64,000 nt of DNA from an uncultured Chloroflexia bacterium (lineage in GTDB: Bacteria; Chloroflexota; Limnocylindria; Limnocylindrales; CSP1-4). Shown piece by piece: positions 1-11,762 of this stretch; position 1 is the stretch's first letter, and each line of letters opens with the position of its first letter. The stretch is from positions 572,996 to 636,995 of the forward strand of contig CAWBFV010000004.1 of the NCBI GenBank assembly GCA_963788235.1, given 5' to 3'. The notes under the pieces were generated by a model. The model was not told where the DNA came from. It saw nothing but the letters and a program-made list of their open reading frames with translations, and did no database searches. The position numbers and the translations under genes were made by a program.

Positions 1-482
1 AGCCACTCGGTGCGGGACAGCTGGACGAGCTCTCCCTTGCGCGTGACCATCCGGCGCTCGAGATCGATCTCGATGTCGTCGAAGGCGATCACGCCCGAAC
101 CGGGGCTGGCACCCGACGATCGCCGCAGCACCGCACGGACGCGCGCGGCAAGCTCGTCCGGGTGGAACGGCTTGGCGATGTAGTCGTCGGCGCCGAGGTC
201 GAGGCCCTTGGCCTTGTCGGCGGTCGAGCCCTTGGCCGTCAGCAGGATCACCGCGACGGGGCGGCGCTCGCGCAGCTGGCGCATGACCTCGATGCCATCG
301 AGGTCGGGCATGACGATGTCGAGGAGCACGATGTCCGGTCGGACCTCCTCGGCCTTTTGCAGGGCGTCTTCACCACCATTGGCGGTGACGACGCGGAAGC
401 CTTCCTCGCCGAGGGCGATCGAGACGAGCTTGGTGATCCGGGGCTCGTCGTCGGCGACCAGGACGAGTGGTTGGGTACTCAT
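1..482 (-). CDS. OmpR/PhoB-family DNA-binding response regulator (KdpE-like); 3' end lies outside the window
   Basis: Own translation of the minus strand: MSTQPLVLVADDEPRITKLVSIALGEEGFRV...PDIVLLDIVMPDLDGIEV...VILLTAKG...GLDLGADDYIAKPFHPDELAARVRAVLRR...IDLERRMVTRKGELVQLSRTEW (receiver plus start of winged helix); SD GGAGGTG at 491-497. Not in the ORF track. Confidence 0.93.
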   Translation of the reverse strand, partial: MSTQPLVLVADDEPRITKLVSIALGEEGFRVVTANGGEDALQKAEEVRPDIVLLDIVMPDLDGIEVMRQLRERRPVAVILLTAKGSTADKAKGLDLGADDYIAKPFHPDELAARVRAVLRRSSGASPGSGVIAFDDIEIDLERRMVTRKGELVQLSRTEW

Positions 483-540
483 CGACGCGGCACCTCCTGG
501 GGGATCGAGGTCATGGTGCCGGACTTCGTCCGGCCCGTCA

Positions 541-738
541 TCAGGACGGGGCCGGGACGCTCGGAAGCGTGACGTTGATGTTCGTGTCGTTGGACGAGTT
601 GGTGCGGGAGCCGCCGCCCGGGCCCATCAGGAAATACCAGCCCAGGGCCAGCACGATGATGATGGCGATGATCCCAAGGATCACGCCAGTGCTCGAGCCG
701 CCGTCCTTGACGACGACGGTGTCACGGGATTCGCTCAT
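541..738 (-). CDS. Small single-TM hypothetical protein (65 aa)
   Basis: MSESRDTVVVKDGGSSTGVILGIIAIIIVLALGWYFLMGPGGG...; AGGGAG SD upstream; immediately upstream of the response regulator on the same strand. Confidence 0.8.
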   Translation of the reverse strand: MSESRDTVVVKDGGSSTGVILGIIAIIIVLALGWYFLMGPGGGSRTNSSNDTNINVTLPSVPAPS

Positions 739-817
739 GTGTGGGTCTCCCTGTTCGTGGAGGGGGTTTCGGAGCCCCAGCATCACCGCGCGACCCTGAC
801 GCCCGTTGCCCCCGACA

Positions 818-844
818 TTGCAGAACCGTTGCATCGGCATTACA
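818..844 (-). promoter_or_regulatory. Triple direct-repeat box TGTAA-N6-TGCAA-N6-TGCAA, candidate response-regulator site
   Basis: 11-bp periodic repeats; the middle half-site is 44 bp upstream of GATGCT (-10-like, 779-784); same motif and spacing recur at six other promoters. Confidence 0.65.
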
Positions 845-880
845 GGCCGCCCGGCCCGTTCGTGGACTACCCTTCGGCCC

Positions 881-1246
881 ATGGCGTTCACCGACGAGGA
901 CCTCGACCTGATCGATCGGACGGAGGAGGTCGAGATCCAGACCTCGGTCGATGGCGGCGAGGCGCACCGCACGATCATCTGGGCGGTCGTCGACCGGGGC
1001 GACGTGCTCATCCGCTCGTACATCGGCCCGGATGCGCGGTGGTACCGCGAGGCGACGGCCAATCCGGAGGTCGTCCTCCATGTCGATGGCCACGCCCTCC
1101 CGGCGCGCGTGGCCCACGCCAGCGATCCCGATTCGATCGCCCGGGCATCGGCCGCCTTCGCGCGCAAGTACGCCAGCGACCCGGCGACGCCGCGGCTGAA
1201 TCGGGACGAGGTGCTGCCGCTCACGCTCCGTCTCGATCCGGCGTGA
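881..1246 (+). CDS. DUF2255 family protein (split-barrel, nitroreductase-like)
   Basis: MAFTDEDLDLIDRTEEVEIQT...RTIIWAVVDRGDVLIRSYIGPDARWYREA; TACCCT -10 lies 7 nt before the ATG (leaderless). Confidence 0.75.
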   Translation: MAFTDEDLDLIDRTEEVEIQTSVDGGEAHRTIIWAVVDRGDVLIRSYIGPDARWYREATANPEVVLHVDGHALPARVAHASDPDSIARASAAFARKYASDPATPRLNRDEVLPLTLRLDPA

Positions 1247-1312
1247 CCGGAGGCATCCGAGCCGCAACCGTCCCGAACCTGGCGTCCGGCCTACCATAGC
1301 CAGCGAACAACC

Positions 1313-4006
<2,694 letters not shown>

Positions 4007-4046
4007 ATCCCGGTCCGGCTGCCCGCGGGCGTCGCCTTCGTCGGGC

Positions 4047-5681
4047 TCATCCGCCTTGTGTGGATGGCTCCGTGACCTCGGTGGCCGTCGAGGGCGTGCT
4101 GCGCTGCACGCGATCCTCGAGCACCTCGGCATCGAACGAGTCGGGCTCGATCGCACGGAGCGTGAAGCCGAACTCGGATCCGCCCTCGGGTCGGCGACGC
4201 GCCCAGATCCGGCCGCCCATGGCCTCGATCAGGGTCGCGCACACGAACAGCCCGATCCCCGACCCGGCGACCGCACGGGCGCTTTCCGGGTCGCGATAGA
4301 ACAGCTCGAAGATCCGATCGATCGAGGCGATCGGGACGCCCGGGCCATCATCGCTGACGCGAACCTCGACGTGGCCGTCCTGTTTCCGTGCGGACACCAC
4401 GACGGTGGAGCCCTCGGGCGTGTACTTCGCGGCATTGCCGAGCAGGTTGCGGACGATCTGCTCGATGTAGGTCGCCTCGCCGGCGACGATCGGCAGGTCC
4501 CGCTCGAACTCGGTCGTGACCGTGATGCTCGTCAGTTCGCGAGACTCGTGGGCTACGGCTCGCTCCAGCAGCCGGCGCGGCTCCAGCGGTTCGGGCTCCA
4601 CCTCGAGGCGGCCGCGCTCGATCCGGCTGAGGACCAGGAGGTCCTCGACCAACCGGTGGAGCCGCTCGGACTCCGAGCGGACATCCTCGAGCAGGCTGGC
4701 CCGGGTGGCGTCGTCATCGGCCCGGCCCGGTCGAGACAGGATCTGGGCGAGCCCCATGATCGTCGTGATCGGGGTCCGGAGCTCGTGGCTGATGACGTCG
4801 ACGAACGCCTCGCGGAACTGACCCGCGCGGTGCTCCTCGGCGAGCAGTCGATCACGGTCGTCGATCAGCCGCCGGCGGTCGGTGATGTCCTGACCCGTGC
4901 CGATCATGCGGATCGGCTGGCCCGTGTCGTCCCGGAACACTCGACCCGCGCCGTGGGTCCAATGGATCGATCCATCGGGCCACACGATGCGGAAGTCGAG
5001 CGCGAACGTGTCCCCCGACTCCTGGGCGGCCGCGATCGCGCTCTCGAACGTCGCGCGGTCGTCGGGGTGGATCGTGTCGATGTACGTCGCGTAGTCCGGA
5101 GCATCGGGGCTCGGCTCGAGCCCGTGCTGCCGATAGATCGCCTCGGACCAGCTGAGCTTGCCCGTGACGATGTCCCATTCCCAGAACCCGGTGCCCGACG
5201 CCGCCAGCATCACTTCGAGCCGGGCATCGCGCGCCTCGATCTCCTCGGCCAGTGCCGAGACCTCGTCCAGGGCGTCCACCAGCCGGTCGCGCGCCGCCCG
5301 TCGCGAGGCCACGAGCCAGACCGTCGCGCTGGCGACCACGAGGTACAGGAGCTGGCGGAACTGGTCGGTGCGGGTCTCGGCGTTGCCGATGCCGACGAAG
5401 ACCACCACGTTGAGGACGACTTCGATGATCAGCGCGGTGAGGCCGCCCGACAGACCGCCGAGCCACGCGGCCAGCACGGCACCCGCCATGAGCACGACGT
5501 AGCCGGTGTCGCCCTCGATCGCCTGGTTAAGGGTGGCCTTCAGGGCGACCGCGACCAGCCCGATAAGCAAGCCGGCGAGGATCGCCTGGCCCGTGCCGAA
5601 GCGCACCTCCCGGACGCGGGCGATCTCCCCCTTGGCGCGTCCCGAGGGGCTCGCCGCAGTCCCCGCGGTGTTCTCGACCAC
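4047..5681 (-). CDS. Membrane sensor histidine kinase (DUF4118-like TM region + PAS_3 + HisKA + HATPase)
   Basis: Four TM segments, PAS GFWEWDIVTGKLSWS...IHPDDR...IVWPDGSIHW, H-box ISHELRTPITTI, N-box NLLGNAAKYT, DDGPG, GSGIGL; GTG at 5681 with SD GGAGGAG. Confidence 0.92.
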   Translation of the reverse strand: MVENTAGTAASPSGRAKGEIARVREVRFGTGQAILAGLLIGLVAVALKATLNQAIEGDTGYVVLMAGAVLAAWLGGLSGGLTALIIEVVLNVVVFVGIGNAETRTDQFRQLLYLVVASATVWLVASRRAARDRLVDALDEVSALAEEIEARDARLEVMLAASGTGFWEWDIVTGKLSWSEAIYRQHGLEPSPDAPDYATYIDTIHPDDRATFESAIAAAQESGDTFALDFRIVWPDGSIHWTHGAGRVFRDDTGQPIRMIGTGQDITDRRRLIDDRDRLLAEEHRAGQFREAFVDVISHELRTPITTIMGLAQILSRPGRADDDATRASLLEDVRSESERLHRLVEDLLVLSRIERGRLEVEPEPLEPRRLLERAVAHESRELTSITVTTEFERDLPIVAGEATYIEQIVRNLLGNAAKYTPEGSTVVVSARKQDGHVEVRVSDDGPGVPIASIDRIFELFYRDPESARAVAGSGIGLFVCATLIEAMGGRIWARRRPEGGSEFGFTLRAIEPDSFDAEVLEDRVQRSTPSTATEVTEPSTQGG

Positions 5682-5771
5682 GCTGCTCCTCCAGGGACGC
5701 CTGCTCGCCGCTACCGCCGGAAGTATACGGACGACCCTCACCGACACCCCGGTGGCCCGAGCCCCGGCCGC

Positions 5772-5787
5772 TGATAGCCGCGTGTTA
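5772..5787 (+). promoter_or_regulatory. Direct-repeat box TGATA-N6-TGTTA between divergent promoters
   Basis: 44 bp upstream of TAGCGT (5832-5837, + gene) and also 44 bp from the minus-strand TATACT (5722-5727, kinase gene). Confidence 0.5.
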
Positions 5788-5870
5788 CCGAGACGCTTCC
5801 ACGATTGACGTGCCGCCGATCCCGCGGTCTCTAGCGTTCCTCGGGACCCCCAGGTCGTAGGAGGCCGAAC

Positions 5871-6341
5871 ATGGACCGAACGAACGATGCGCGCGATCAG
5901 CGCTTTCCTCGGAGCACCGAGGACGACCTGTTGAACGAGGGTCGTGGCGTCGAAGACACCACCGATCCGGCGTATCGACGCGATGTCGACGACGACGATG
6001 AGCACGGGACCGAGGCAGTCGGCGCCGGTGCCGGCGCGCTCGGTGGCGCGGCAGTCGGGATGGCCGTCGGTGGCCCTCCGGGCGCTGTGATCGGCGGCGC
6101 GATCGGCGCAGTCGGCGGCGCCGTGGCCGGTGAGGCCGCGGAAGGTGACGACGAGGCTGGCTCCGGTACCGGCGCACTCGGTGGCGGTGCCGCTGGCGCC
6201 GTGATCGGTGGCGCGATCGCCGGACCTCCGGGCGCGGTCGTCGGTGGCGCCGTCGGCGCAGCCGGCGGTGCCGGTGCTGGCGACAAGCTCGAAGAGGACG
6301 TCGAAGAGGGTCGCCGACCGGAGTTCGACCGGGACCGCTGA
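5871..6341 (+). CDS. Glycine-zipper protein with two GxxxG-rich hairpin repeats and acidic termini
   Basis: GAGALGGAAVGMAVGGPPGAVIGGAIGAVGGAVAG and GALGGGAAGAVIGGAIAGPPGAVVGGAVGAAGGAGAG; SD AGGAGG. Confidence 0.85.
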   Translation: MDRTNDARDQRFPRSTEDDLLNEGRGVEDTTDPAYRRDVDDDDEHGTEAVGAGAGALGGAAVGMAVGGPPGAVIGGAIGAVGGAVAGEAAEGDDEAGSGTGALGGGAAGAVIGGAIAGPPGAVVGGAVGAAGGAGAGDKLEEDVEEGRRPEFDRDR

Positions 6342-6440
6342 TCGATCGACGATCCACCCGGCCCGGGGCCGGGAGTGCGAAACTGACCGCGAACCTCGAC
6401 ATCCGGGGTTCGCGGTCTCCATGTCATCGAGGAGCTGATC

Positions 6441-7582
6441 ATCCGACCCCTCCGCATCGCGCAGGTCGCGCCGCCGCTCGAGCGCGTGCCGCCGTTGGCA
6501 TACGGTGGGACCGAGCGGATCGTGCACGGCCTCGTCACCGAGCTCGACCGGCGCGGTCACGACGTCACGACGTTCGCGAGCGGGGATTGGTCGTGCCCGG
6601 CAAGCACGTCGTGACGGTCCCCACGGCGCTGCGGCCGCAGGGCTATACGGGCGACACGCTGCCATACATGCAGCTGACCTTCCACCTGCTCCTCGAACGC
6701 ATCAGCCAGTTCGACCTGGTCCATAGCCACCTCGAGTGGATGAACCTGCTCCTGGCCCGCATCAGCCCGGTGCCCGTCGTGTCGACATTCCACGGCCGCC
6801 TCGACCTGCCCTGGGCCGACGAGCTCTTCGCACATCCGCCGGCCGGTCTCGTCGCGATCAGCAAGAACCAGGCGTCCGCGCACCCGGACGTCCCGTGGGC
6901 GGGCATCGTGTACAACGGGCTGAACCTGAAGGATTCACCGTTCGGCAGCAAGCGGACGGACGCGCTCTGCTTCGTCGGACGGGTCGCCCAGGAGAAGGGG
7001 ATCGTCGAGGCGATCGAGGTCGCGAAGGCGTCCGGACGACCGCTCAGGATCGCGGCGAAGGTCGGTCCGGTCGGACCGGAGAAGGACTACGACGACGCAG
7101 TCTTCCAGCCGGCCCTCAAGGCGGCCGGTAAGAGCGTGGAGTTCCTCGGCGAGCTGTCACAGGCCGATCGTGACCAGCTCTTCGCCGAGAGCTACGCCTC
7201 GCTGATGCCCGGGTCGTGGCCCGAGCCGTTCGGGCTCGTCGCGATCGAGGCGCTCGCCTGCGGGACCCCGATCGTCGCTCGCCGTTCGGGCGCCCTGCCC
7301 GAGATCATCCGCGACGGGATCGACGGGTTCTTCGGGGACGACGTGACCGCGATGGCCTTCAAGGTCGACCGTGTCGAGGACCTCGATCGCGAGGCGATCC
7401 GGGCGTCGGTCATCGATCGGTTCTCCGTCGAGCGCATGACCGACGGCTACGAGGCGATCTACCGCGACATGCTGACCCCCAGATCGGGCCGGCCGGCGAT
7501 CGCGGTGATGGACGAGACGTCAGGCGACTCGGGACGCAAGGACCGGACCGGCGACCCACTCGGAGCCGGCGCCGGGAGCTGA
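6441..7582 (+). CDS. Glycosyltransferase family 4 (GT-B); frameshift near 6589; start codon uncertain
   Basis: N-terminus RPLRIAQVAPPLERVPPLAYGGTERIV...GHDVTTFASGD continues in ORF 6587-7582 with FVGRVAQEKG and WPEPFGLVAIEALACGTPIV. Confidence 0.88.
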
Positions 7583-7601
7583 GCCGAGGCGGCCCCAGGG
7601 G

Positions 7602-7784
7602 TCAGAGCTGCTCGTCCGGATCCGCGATGTCCGCGGCATCAGGTGCGTCGGCACCCTCGCGCGTCCAGGGGCTGTCGTCCTTGTCGGTCGCGGGGCGATC
7701 GCCGCGCGGCTCCTTCTCGGTCTCATCGGCTGTCCGGTCGGGGTCGAAACGCGGGTCCCGATCCTGGGTTCGTTCGTCGGTCAT
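7602..7784 (-). CDS. Small acidic, hydrophilic hypothetical protein (60 aa)
   Basis: MTDERTQDRDPRFDPDRTADETEKEPRG...; SD GAGGTG; motif-bearing promoter upstream. Confidence 0.65.
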   Translation of the reverse strand: MTDERTQDRDPRFDPDRTADETEKEPRGDRPATDKDDSPWTREGADAPDAADIADPDEQL

Positions 7785-7866
7785 GGCCGTCACCTCACTT
7801 GATCGTGACTGCGGCCACCATGGCACCCGGCGGCCCACGGAGCATCGAGACGCGAGCGCGCCGGTG

Positions 7867-7882
7867 TTGCAGCGCTCTTCCA
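7867..7882 (-). promoter_or_regulatory. Direct-repeat box TGGAA-N6-TGCAA
   Basis: 44 bp upstream of CATGGT (-10-like, 7817-7822). Confidence 0.55.
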
Positions 7883-7904
7883 GCGTGCAGGGGGACTTCG
7901 GCGG

Positions 7905-9101
7905 TCAGGCGGTCCGCATGGCTCGGCGCAGCAGGACCCACGCCGCGAAGAGCGTCACGAGCGCGATCACGCCGAGCGCGCCGATCTCCCACGCCGAGTT
8001 CGTCGTCCCACGCAGCATGAGGTCCTGCAGCAGCACGATCCCATGCGTCACCGGCAGGAGGTAGGCGAGCGACCGGACCACCGGGCTGAACTGGTCGATC
8101 GACAGGACGAAGCCGCTGAAGAACACGGAGGCGAGCAGGACGAGCAACGACAGCTGCACCGCCTGGCGCTCCGAATCGGAGAGCATCGCGATGAGCAGGC
8201 CCACCCCGATCGACGCAAGCAGGAACAGCGCGATGACTCCCGCGATCAACCCGCGATCGCCGAGGATCGGGATGCCGAACCCGGCCACCAGCAGCGCGAC
8301 CGTCGCGAACGCGATGAGGGCGCCGAGGACCCCGAACGCGATGATCTTGCCTGCCATGATCTCGGGGGCGCTGACCGGCGAGATGCGGAAGAGCTCCATG
8401 ACGCCGCTCGTGCGTTCCCGGACCAACGACATCGCCACGAGCGTGACGGCGAGATGCTGGAGGATCAGGGCGAGCACGGCCGGTCCGAAGAACGAGAGGA
8501 CCGCAGGCGTCGATGGCGCGAGGTTGTGGAGGAACGCCGTCGTCGGCGCCGCGACGACGTCCGGAGGGATGAGCGCGACATCCGGGTTGCCGGCGTCGAT
8601 CGCCACGCCCTGGCCTTCCGCCACGGCCTGCTCGATGATCTTCTTGTTGACTTCGCTCGCGAGCGTCTGGCCGAGGATCGCCGCGTAGTTCTCGTCCACG
8701 GGGTCGACTTCGTCGATGAGGACCTCGATCTCGCTCTGCTTGCCCGCTTTGAACTGGTCCTGGGCGTTGGCGGGGGCGACGATGACGATATCGACCTGCC
8801 CGGCGTGCAGCGAAGCCTCGGCTGCGGCGCGGTCCTGGGTGACCTCCCGGATGTGCAGCGCTGGGCCGGCCAGCTCCTGGTAGGTCGCGGCATCCACCGG
8901 CAGCTGGCTGGTCGGAGGCGCGACGATGACCGTCTCGAGCGGTCGTCGGACACCGCTGTACCCGAGCCCGAACACGGCCATGATGAGGAACGGGCCGAGG
9001 ATCAGGCTGAGGATCGCCCCGGGGCGCCGGAAGGTCTCGATGAGCTCCTTGCCGACGAACGCAAAGATCCGGACGATCACCGACAGCGGAGCTCGGATCA
9101 C
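7905..9101 (-). CDS. ABC-2 type exporter permease
   Basis: FVGKELIETFRRP, extracellular loop, SLVRERTSGVMELFRISPV, FFSGFVL...LLPVTHG; GTG start overlaps the ATPase stop codon. Confidence 0.9.
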   Translation of the reverse strand: MIRAPLSVIVRIFAFVGKELIETFRRPGAILSLILGPFLIMAVFGLGYSGVRRPLETVIVAPPTSQLPVDAATYQELAGPALHIREVTQDRAAAEASLHAGQVDIVIVAPANAQDQFKAGKQSEIEVLIDEVDPVDENYAAILGQTLASEVNKKIIEQAVAEGQGVAIDAGNPDVALIPPDVVAAPTTAFLHNLAPSTPAVLSFFGPAVLALILQHLAVTLVAMSLVRERTSGVMELFRISPVSAPEIMAGKIIAFGVLGALIAFATVALLVAGFGIPILGDRGLIAGVIALFLLASIGVGLLIAMLSDSERQAVQLSLLVLLASVFFSGFVLSIDQFSPVVRSLAYLLPVTHGIVLLQDLMLRGTTNSAWEIGALGVIALVTLFAAWVLLRRAMRTA

Positions 9102-10063
9102 GCCGCCTCCTCGTCCGTGGGAGTCGCCGGGAGGGACTGTCGATCGCGCTCGACCAGCAATGCGAAGACCTCGTCGAACGACGGCCTGGACTCCTGGGCG
9201 GTGGTGACCTCGCCACCTTGCTGGGTGATCGCCTCGACGACGTCGGGCAGGCTCGTGGCGGCGTCGCTCACGGTGACCTGGACCTGGTTCGGTCCGCGCT
9301 GTTCGATGCGGCGCACGTCGGGGAGGTCGCGCAGCGCGCCGGCCTGGATCGGGTCCCTGGTCTCGATCGTCACCACGTCGCCGCCGAGCGCCTCGCGCCG
9401 CAGTTGCTGCGGGCCGCCGAGCGCGATGAGGCGGCCCTCCGAGATGAGCGCGACGGCGTCGCACGACTCCGCCTCGTTGACGTACTGCGTCGTGACCAGC
9501 AACGTGCGGCCCTCCTCGCGGAGGGCATGCAGGCCCTTCCAGATCGTGTCGCGGAGGATCGGGTCGATGCCTGCCGTCGGCTCGTCGAGGAACGCGATGG
9601 CCGGGTCGTGGACGAGCGCCGACGCCAGCTCCAGGCGTCGCTGCATGCCACCGGACAGCTTGCTGGCGCGCCGTCCGCGGACGGACCACAGGTCGACGAA
9701 TTCGAGGACGCGTCGAGTGCGCCGATGACGTCGCCACCAGAGCATGCCGAACAGCGACGCCGCAAAGTCGACGTTCTCTCGGGTCGTCAGGTCGGGGAAC
9801 AGCGCGAACTGCTGGGGCATGTAGCCGATCCGCTCTCGAGTCCGCCGGCGGAACTGCCGCGGGTCCTCGCCCATCACCCGGATCTCGCCCTCGGTCGGCG
9901 CCAGCGCCCCGGTCAGCATCCGCACGAGGGTCGTCTTGCCGGCACCCGACGGTCCGATGATCCCCAGGATCGTGCCCGGTGCGACGCGCAGGCTGACGTG
10001 GTCGACGGCGACCATGTCGCCGAATTGCTTCGATGCGTTGTCGATCGTGACGGCGTCGTCCAT
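9098..10063 (-). CDS. ABC transporter ATP-binding protein
   Basis: Walker A GPSGAGKTT, signature LSGGMQRR, Walker B FLDEPTAGID. Confidence 0.95.
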   Translation of the reverse strand: MDDAVTIDNASKQFGDMVAVDHVSLRVAPGTILGIIGPSGAGKTTLVRMLTGALAPTEGEIRVMGEDPRQFRRRTRERIGYMPQQFALFPDLTTRENVDFAASLFGMLWWRRHRRTRRVLEFVDLWSVRGRRASKLSGGMQRRLELASALVHDPAIAFLDEPTAGIDPILRDTIWKGLHALREEGRTLLVTTQYVNEAESCDAVALISEGRLIALGGPQQLRREALGGDVVTIETRDPIQAGALRDLPDVRRIEQRGPNQVQVTVSDAATSLPDVVEAITQQGGEVTTAQESRPSFDEVFALLVERDRQSLPATPTDEEAA

Positions 10064-10213
10064 GTGGTCTCGGGTGCCTCCCCTGGGACGAGGTCGTGAC
10101 GCACGGCGCAGGAGTCCCACCGCGACGTCCCCCAGATTCGATGTCGCGATGGGACTGACCTGCAGTATCGGTTTGGCTGGCTATCGGGAGGTCGCGCCGG
10201 GCGCGATGCGAGA

Positions 10214-10229
10214 TTGCAGCGATGTGGCG
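10214..10229 (-). promoter_or_regulatory. Degenerate direct-repeat box CGCCA-N6-TGCAA
   Basis: 44 bp upstream of GATACT (10164-10169), ahead of the ABC operon. Confidence 0.4.
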
Positions 10230-10279
10230 AGTGCCGCGCGATGGGACGGCGTGACGTGGCGACCCCTAGCGTGACGCCG

Positions 10280-11389
10280 ATGTCAGACCCTGTCGAGGCC
10301 GCGCAGGCCGCTGCCCGCGCCACCGGCCTGCGCTATGCCACCGATTCACGACCCGGTATCACGCGGGTCCGCAGCGGCCGCGGCTTCTCGTATCGCGATG
10401 CGGACGGCGCGACGATCACGGATCCGCTGGTGCGGAAGCGGATCACGGCACTGGCCATCCCGCCGGCCTGGACCGACGTGTGGATCTGCCCGTGGCCGAA
10501 CGGGCACCTCCAGGCGACCGGCCGTGACGCCCGGGGACGCAAGCAGTACCGCTATCACGTCGATTGGGGCTCCCGGAGAGGAGCAGAGAAGTTCGACCGC
10601 GTGCTCGAGTTCGCCCGGGTGTTGCCCCGCGTCCGGCGGCGAGTCGACGGCGATCTCCGCAAGCACGGCTTGCCGCGTGAGAAGGTGCTGGCGGCCGTGG
10701 TCCGGTTGCTGGAGCTCACGCTGATCCGCGTCGGCAACGACGAATACGCCCGTCTCAACCGATCGTTCGGCCTGACGACGCTGCGCGACCGGCACGCGAC
10801 GGTGACGGGCGACACGATCCGGTTCCGCTTCCGGTCGAAGTCGGGCGTCATGCACGAGAGCGGTCTCCGCGATCGTCGCCTCGCGGGGATCGTCCGCAAG
10901 TGCCAGGAGCTGCCCGGCCAGGAGCTCTTCCAGTACGTCGACGACGAGGGAGCGGTTCGCGACGTCGCCTCCGACGACATCAACGACTACCTGCGCGAGG
11001 CCTCGGGTGGCGACTTCACGGCGAAGGACGTCCGGACGTGGGCCGGCACGGTGCTCGCCTTCCGGGCACTGCGCGCCCTCACGCCGGTCGAGCACGAGCC
11101 GGCCGCCCGGCGCAACCTGCTCGAGGCGATCCGCATCGCGGCCGATGGCCTGGGCAACACCCCGGCGGTCGCGCGTGGGAGCTACGTCCACCCGGCCGTG
11201 ACCGAGGCGTATCTCGACGGCGAGCTCCCAGGGTCGTCACGGAGGGCCGTCGCCGCGACGGGCGCCACGGTCGGCGCGGCCCCGACGAGTGGCCTGCCCG
11301 ATCGGTCGGAAGAGCTGGCCCTGATCCGCTTGCTCCGCGAGCGCGTTGCCGCCGGCTCCAAGCGTTCGGGGAGCCGCAAGCGCGGGTAG
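10280..11389 (+). CDS. DNA topoisomerase IB (bacterial, poxvirus-like)
   Basis: LAIPPAWTDVWIC, GHLQATGRDARGRKQYRYH, LIRVGNDEY, RSKSG, AKDVRTWAGT, LGNTPAVARGSYVHP (catalytic R-K-R-N-Y present); TAGCGT 7 nt before ATG. Confidence 0.93.
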   Translation: MSDPVEAAQAAARATGLRYATDSRPGITRVRSGRGFSYRDADGATITDPLVRKRITALAIPPAWTDVWICPWPNGHLQATGRDARGRKQYRYHVDWGSRRGAEKFDRVLEFARVLPRVRRRVDGDLRKHGLPREKVLAAVVRLLELTLIRVGNDEYARLNRSFGLTTLRDRHATVTGDTIRFRFRSKSGVMHESGLRDRRLAGIVRKCQELPGQELFQYVDDEGAVRDVASDDINDYLREASGGDFTAKDVRTWAGTVLAFRALRALTPVEHEPAARRNLLEAIRIAADGLGNTPAVARGSYVHPAVTEAYLDGELPGSSRRAVAATGATVGAAPTSGLPDRSEELALIRLLRERVAAGSKRSGSRKRG

Positions 11390-11394
11390 ACGCA

Positions 11395-11425
11395 GTGATG
11401 CCCCGGTCGTGGACCGGGGCATCAC
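11395..11425. terminator. Perfect 14-bp stem hairpin between convergent genes
   Basis: GTGATGCCCCGGTC-GTG-GACCGGGGCATCAC. Confidence 0.8.
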
Positions 11426-11446
11426 GAGTAGTGGAGGGTCAGGTCG

Positions 11447-11653
11447 TCAGACCGGGTCCTCGCCGTGCTCCTCGCGGAACTTGTTGCGGTCGAGCTCCTT
11501 GCGGACCTCGTCCCCCGCGTTGCCGAGGCCGGCGCGGATGTCGTCACCGGCGTTGGCGACCTTGTCGGAGAGGCTCTCGTCCCCGTCCGACTTCCGAATG
11601 GTTTCCTTGGTCTCGTTCTCGACTTCGCGGTAGGTTCGCTTCGCGTCATCCAT
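11447..11653 (-). CDS. Small hydrophilic protein, CsbD/LEA-like stress protein (68 aa)
   Basis: MDDAKRTYREVENETKETIRKSDGDESLSDKVANAGDDIRAGLGNAGDEVRKE; SD GGAGG. The family call is by resemblance only. Confidence 0.7.
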   Translation of the reverse strand: MDDAKRTYREVENETKETIRKSDGDESLSDKVANAGDDIRAGLGNAGDEVRKELDRNKFREEHGEDPV

Positions 11654-11746
11654 CGTCAAGTCCTCCGTGCCCCACATCCGTCGGGCTTCGACTCGACACT
11701 ACGGCGCGACGGCTTTCGCGCTGGACCGTCGCGCCGGTTCCATCGG

Positions 11747-11762
11747 TTGCAGCGCTATCGCA
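11747..11762 (-). promoter_or_regulatory. Direct-repeat box TGCGA-N6-TGCAA
   Basis: 45 bp upstream of TAGTGT (11696-11701); overlaps the stop of the upstream gene. Confidence 0.6.

Noticed and set aside
10280-11389. Topoisomerase IB as a tyrosine integrase of a mobile element
   Set aside because: The motifs are those of bacterial TopIB, and there are no att sites or mobile genes around it.
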